DNA of 64,000 nt from Alphaproteobacteria bacterium. GTDB taxonomy: Bacteria > Pseudomonadota > Alphaproteobacteria > GCA-2746255. Shown piece by piece: positions 61,971 to 64,000 of the stretch (positions within the stretch are counted from its first letter, which is position 1; each line of letters begins with the position of its first letter). Below the pieces are notes generated by a model that saw only the letters and a program-made list of their open reading frames with translations, had not been told where the DNA came from and did no database searches. A program made the translations under genes and the position numbers. The stretch lies in NCBI GenBank assembly GCA_965249135.1, contig OZ252220.1:224001-288000 (forward strand). Direction: 5' to 3'.

Positions 61971-63128
61971 GTGTCGCACTTATTTGTCCTTTCCTCGATC
62001 GAGGAAATCATCGAAGCGGCCCGGAAGGGCCACATGTTCGTTCTCGTCGACGACGAAGATCGTGAGAACGAAGGCGACCTCGTCATTCCCGCCGAGAAGA
62101 CGACACCGGACGCCATCAATTTCATGGCGAAACACGGACGCGGCTTAATCTGCTTGGCGCTCGCGGCGGAACGGATTCGGGAGCTGAATCTTCCCTTGAT
62201 GGGCAGCCGGAATCAGTCACGCCTTGAGACCGCCTTCACCGTCTCCATCGAGGCGCGCGAAGGCGTCACGACGGGCATTTCGGCGGCGGACCGGGCCCAG
62301 ACGATCGCCGTCGCCATCGATCCTTCGAAGGGCGCAAAGGACATCGTCTCACCGGGTCATGTGTTCCCGCTCATTGCTCGGGAAGGTGGCGTGCTGACGC
62401 GTGCCGGTCACACGGAAGCGGCCGTCGATATTGCAAAACTCGCTGGTCTCAATTCGTCCGGAGTCATCTGCGAAATCATGAACGACGACGGTACGATGGC
62501 GCGCCTGCCCGATCTCATGACCTTTGCCGAGGCCCATGACCTGAAGATTGGGTCGATTGCCGATCTCATCGCCTATCGCCGTCGCAACGAAGTCCTCATC
62601 GAGCGCGCGGCGGAGATGGAAATCCTCAGCCGACACGGCGGCAAGTTCCGGATGATCATCTATCAAAATCGGATTACCGGCGTCGAGCACGTTGCGCTGG
62701 TCAAGGGGGACCCAAGGAAGCCGGGCCCCGTGCCGGTTCGCATGCATGCGCTCAACGTTTTTACCGATATCCTTGGTGAAAACAGCGAAGGCCGCGGCGG
62801 TGAATTTCAGGCGGCCCTTCGGTTAATCGGTGCGCGCGAACGCGGTATCGCCGTCCTGATTCGTGAGGCGACGCCTTCGAACCTTTCGGAGCGTGTAAAG
62901 GCGCGTCAGCAGAAGGCAAAAGACAAGAAATCCCAACCAAAACCGGCGAAAACACCGGGGGAACTCCGTGACTACGGAATCGGCGCACAAATTTTGCTCG
63001 ATCTTGGTGTTCGGGATATGATTCTGCTTTCGAACACCCGGCATACGATTATTGGTCTCGACGGCTATGGCCTTCGTGTCGTTGATCAGGAGCCGATTCC
63101 GTCCGACGACGAGGCAAACCAAGAATGA
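61971..63128 (+). CDS. ribB: DHBP synthase fused to a degenerate GTP cyclohydrolase II domain
   Basis: [41 protein letters not shown]; C-terminal domain has [10 protein letters not shown] but lacks the Zn-binding cysteines. Confidence 0.93.
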   Translation: MSHLFVLSSIEEIIEAARKGHMFVLVDDEDRENEGDLVIPAEKTTPDAINFMAKHGRGLICLALAAERIRELNLPLMGSRNQSRLETAFTVSIEAREGVTTGISAADRAQTIAVAIDPSKGAKDIVSPGHVFPLIAREGGVLTRAGHTEAAVDIAKLAGLNSSGVICEIMNDDGTMARLPDLMTFAEAHDLKIGSIADLIAYRRRNEVLIERAAEMEILSRHGGKFRMIIYQNRITGVEHVALVKGDPRKPGPVPVRMHALNVFTDILGENSEGRGGEFQAALRLIGARERGIAVLIREATPSNLSERVKARQQKAKDKKSQPKPAKTPGELRDYGIGAQILLDLGVRDMILLSNTRHTIIGLDGYGLRVVDQEPIPSDDEANQE

Positions 63129-63592
63129 ACGACGAGCCCCTTCACATCATGATTGCCGAAGCCCGTTTTTACGAGGACATCTCGGACGAGCTTGCCCGTG
63201 GCGCGATTGCGGTCTTGGAGGCGGCAGGCGTGACCTATGAGCGCGTCAGCGTTCCCGGTGCATTCGAGATCCCGGCGGCGATCAGCATGGCGCTTCGTTC
63301 GCGCGAATTCTATTCCGGCGAGAAGCGGTTCGACGGTTACATCGCGCTTGGCTGCGTGATTCGGGGGGAAACCTCGCATTACGAATACATTTGCCGGGAA
63401 AGCGCCCACGCCCTTCAGGGCTTGGCCAGAGAATATTCCTTGGCGCTTGGTTACGGGATTCTTACCGTGGAGAACCAGGATCAGGCGTGGGAGCGCGCCT
63501 CCACGGACAAGAAAAACAAGGGCGCGGATACCGCTCGGACCTGCCTCCGCATGATCGAGATCAAGCGGCACTTTCATCTTTACCCGCGATGA
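63125..63592 (+). CDS. ribH: Lumazine synthase
   Basis: ARFY, VPGAFEIP, ALGCVIRGETSHY, GILTV. Confidence 0.96.
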   Translation: MNDEPLHIMIAEARFYEDISDELARGAIAVLEAAGVTYERVSVPGAFEIPAAISMALRSREFYSGEKRFDGYIALGCVIRGETSHYEYICRESAHALQGLAREYSLALGYGILTVENQDQAWERASTDKKNKGADTARTCLRMIEIKRHFHLYPR

Positions 63593-64000
63593 CATCGCCC
63601 ACCCGCGAAACCGATAAAGAAACCAAGACGCTTGGTGAAAGCCTCGAGCGCCACGTCATGCGGCGAAGTGCGGCCAGGCTCGCGGCCGTTCAGGCGCTCT
63701 ATCAGATCGAGCTTACGAACGCAGAGTCCGAGGTGGTGGTGGGGGAATTTCGCACCCATCGCCAGGGAGGCGTCCTCGAAGAAGCATCCGCGGAAGCGGA
63801 CCTCAAGAAATTCGAGTCGATCGTCGGTGGTGTTGATGCGCATTCGCGGGAACTCGATGAAAAGATCGCCGCCTCTCTCGCCAAGGATTGGACGATGGAA
63901 AGACTGGGCCCAGTTTTGAGGGCGATCTTGCGATCCGCAACCTTCGAACTCTTGGCCGGAACGGACGTTCCGGCAAAAGTCGTCATTAATGAGTATGTGG
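63589..64000 (+). CDS. nusB: Transcription antitermination factor NusB, 3'-truncated by window edge
   Basis: RRSAARLAAVQALYQ...WTMERL..LRAILR..ELL...DVPAKVVINEYV; follows ribH. Confidence 0.95.
   Translation, partial: MTSPTRETDKETKTLGESLERHVMRRSAARLAAVQALYQIELTNAESEVVVGEFRTHRQGGVLEEASAEADLKKFESIVGGVDAHSRELDEKIAASLAKDWTMERLGPVLRAILRSATFELLAGTDVPAKVVINEYV

Overview
GC-rich alphaproteobacterial (Rhodospirillales-like) chromosomal segment, almost entirely core genes in conserved order. It runs through the end of the spc/alpha ribosomal cluster (rpmD-rplO-secY-adk-rpsM-rpsK-rpoA-rplQ), degP-rarA-rluA-ATP12, pccB/pccA, lipB/tRNA-Leu/mgtE, thiolase/hmgL, M23 peptidase-bactofilin, TRAP dctQM, slt/dapA/smpB, folK-rpoZ-rel-pdxJ-acpS-lepB-rnc-era-recO, parC, dctP, bpt, hemB, icmF, an ldtR-like MarR gene, mucR and rpiB-glyA-nrdR-ribD-ribE-ribB-ribH-nusB. 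The only mobile element is a degenerate group II intron (minus strand, ~28957-30842) inside the catalytic domain of slt. Its RT/maturase is frameshifted, and its 3' end is missing together with slt motifs II-III. Signals not shown by the ORF track: several cryptic gene remnants (CoA-transferase III deletion scar, amber-interrupted MsrP-like gene, homopolymer-frameshifted HExxH lipoprotein, possible rhodanese tail); about ten short tandem duplications that always preserve the frame inside genes; the same 9-mer (GGCGCCCGA) at or near three rearrangement junctions; and two housekeeping genes (lipB, hemB) that appear to need non-canonical ATT/CTG starts. I did not find a complete novel multi-gene system, CRISPR array, rRNA or prophage. 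All product calls come from motif recognition by eye, not database searches.
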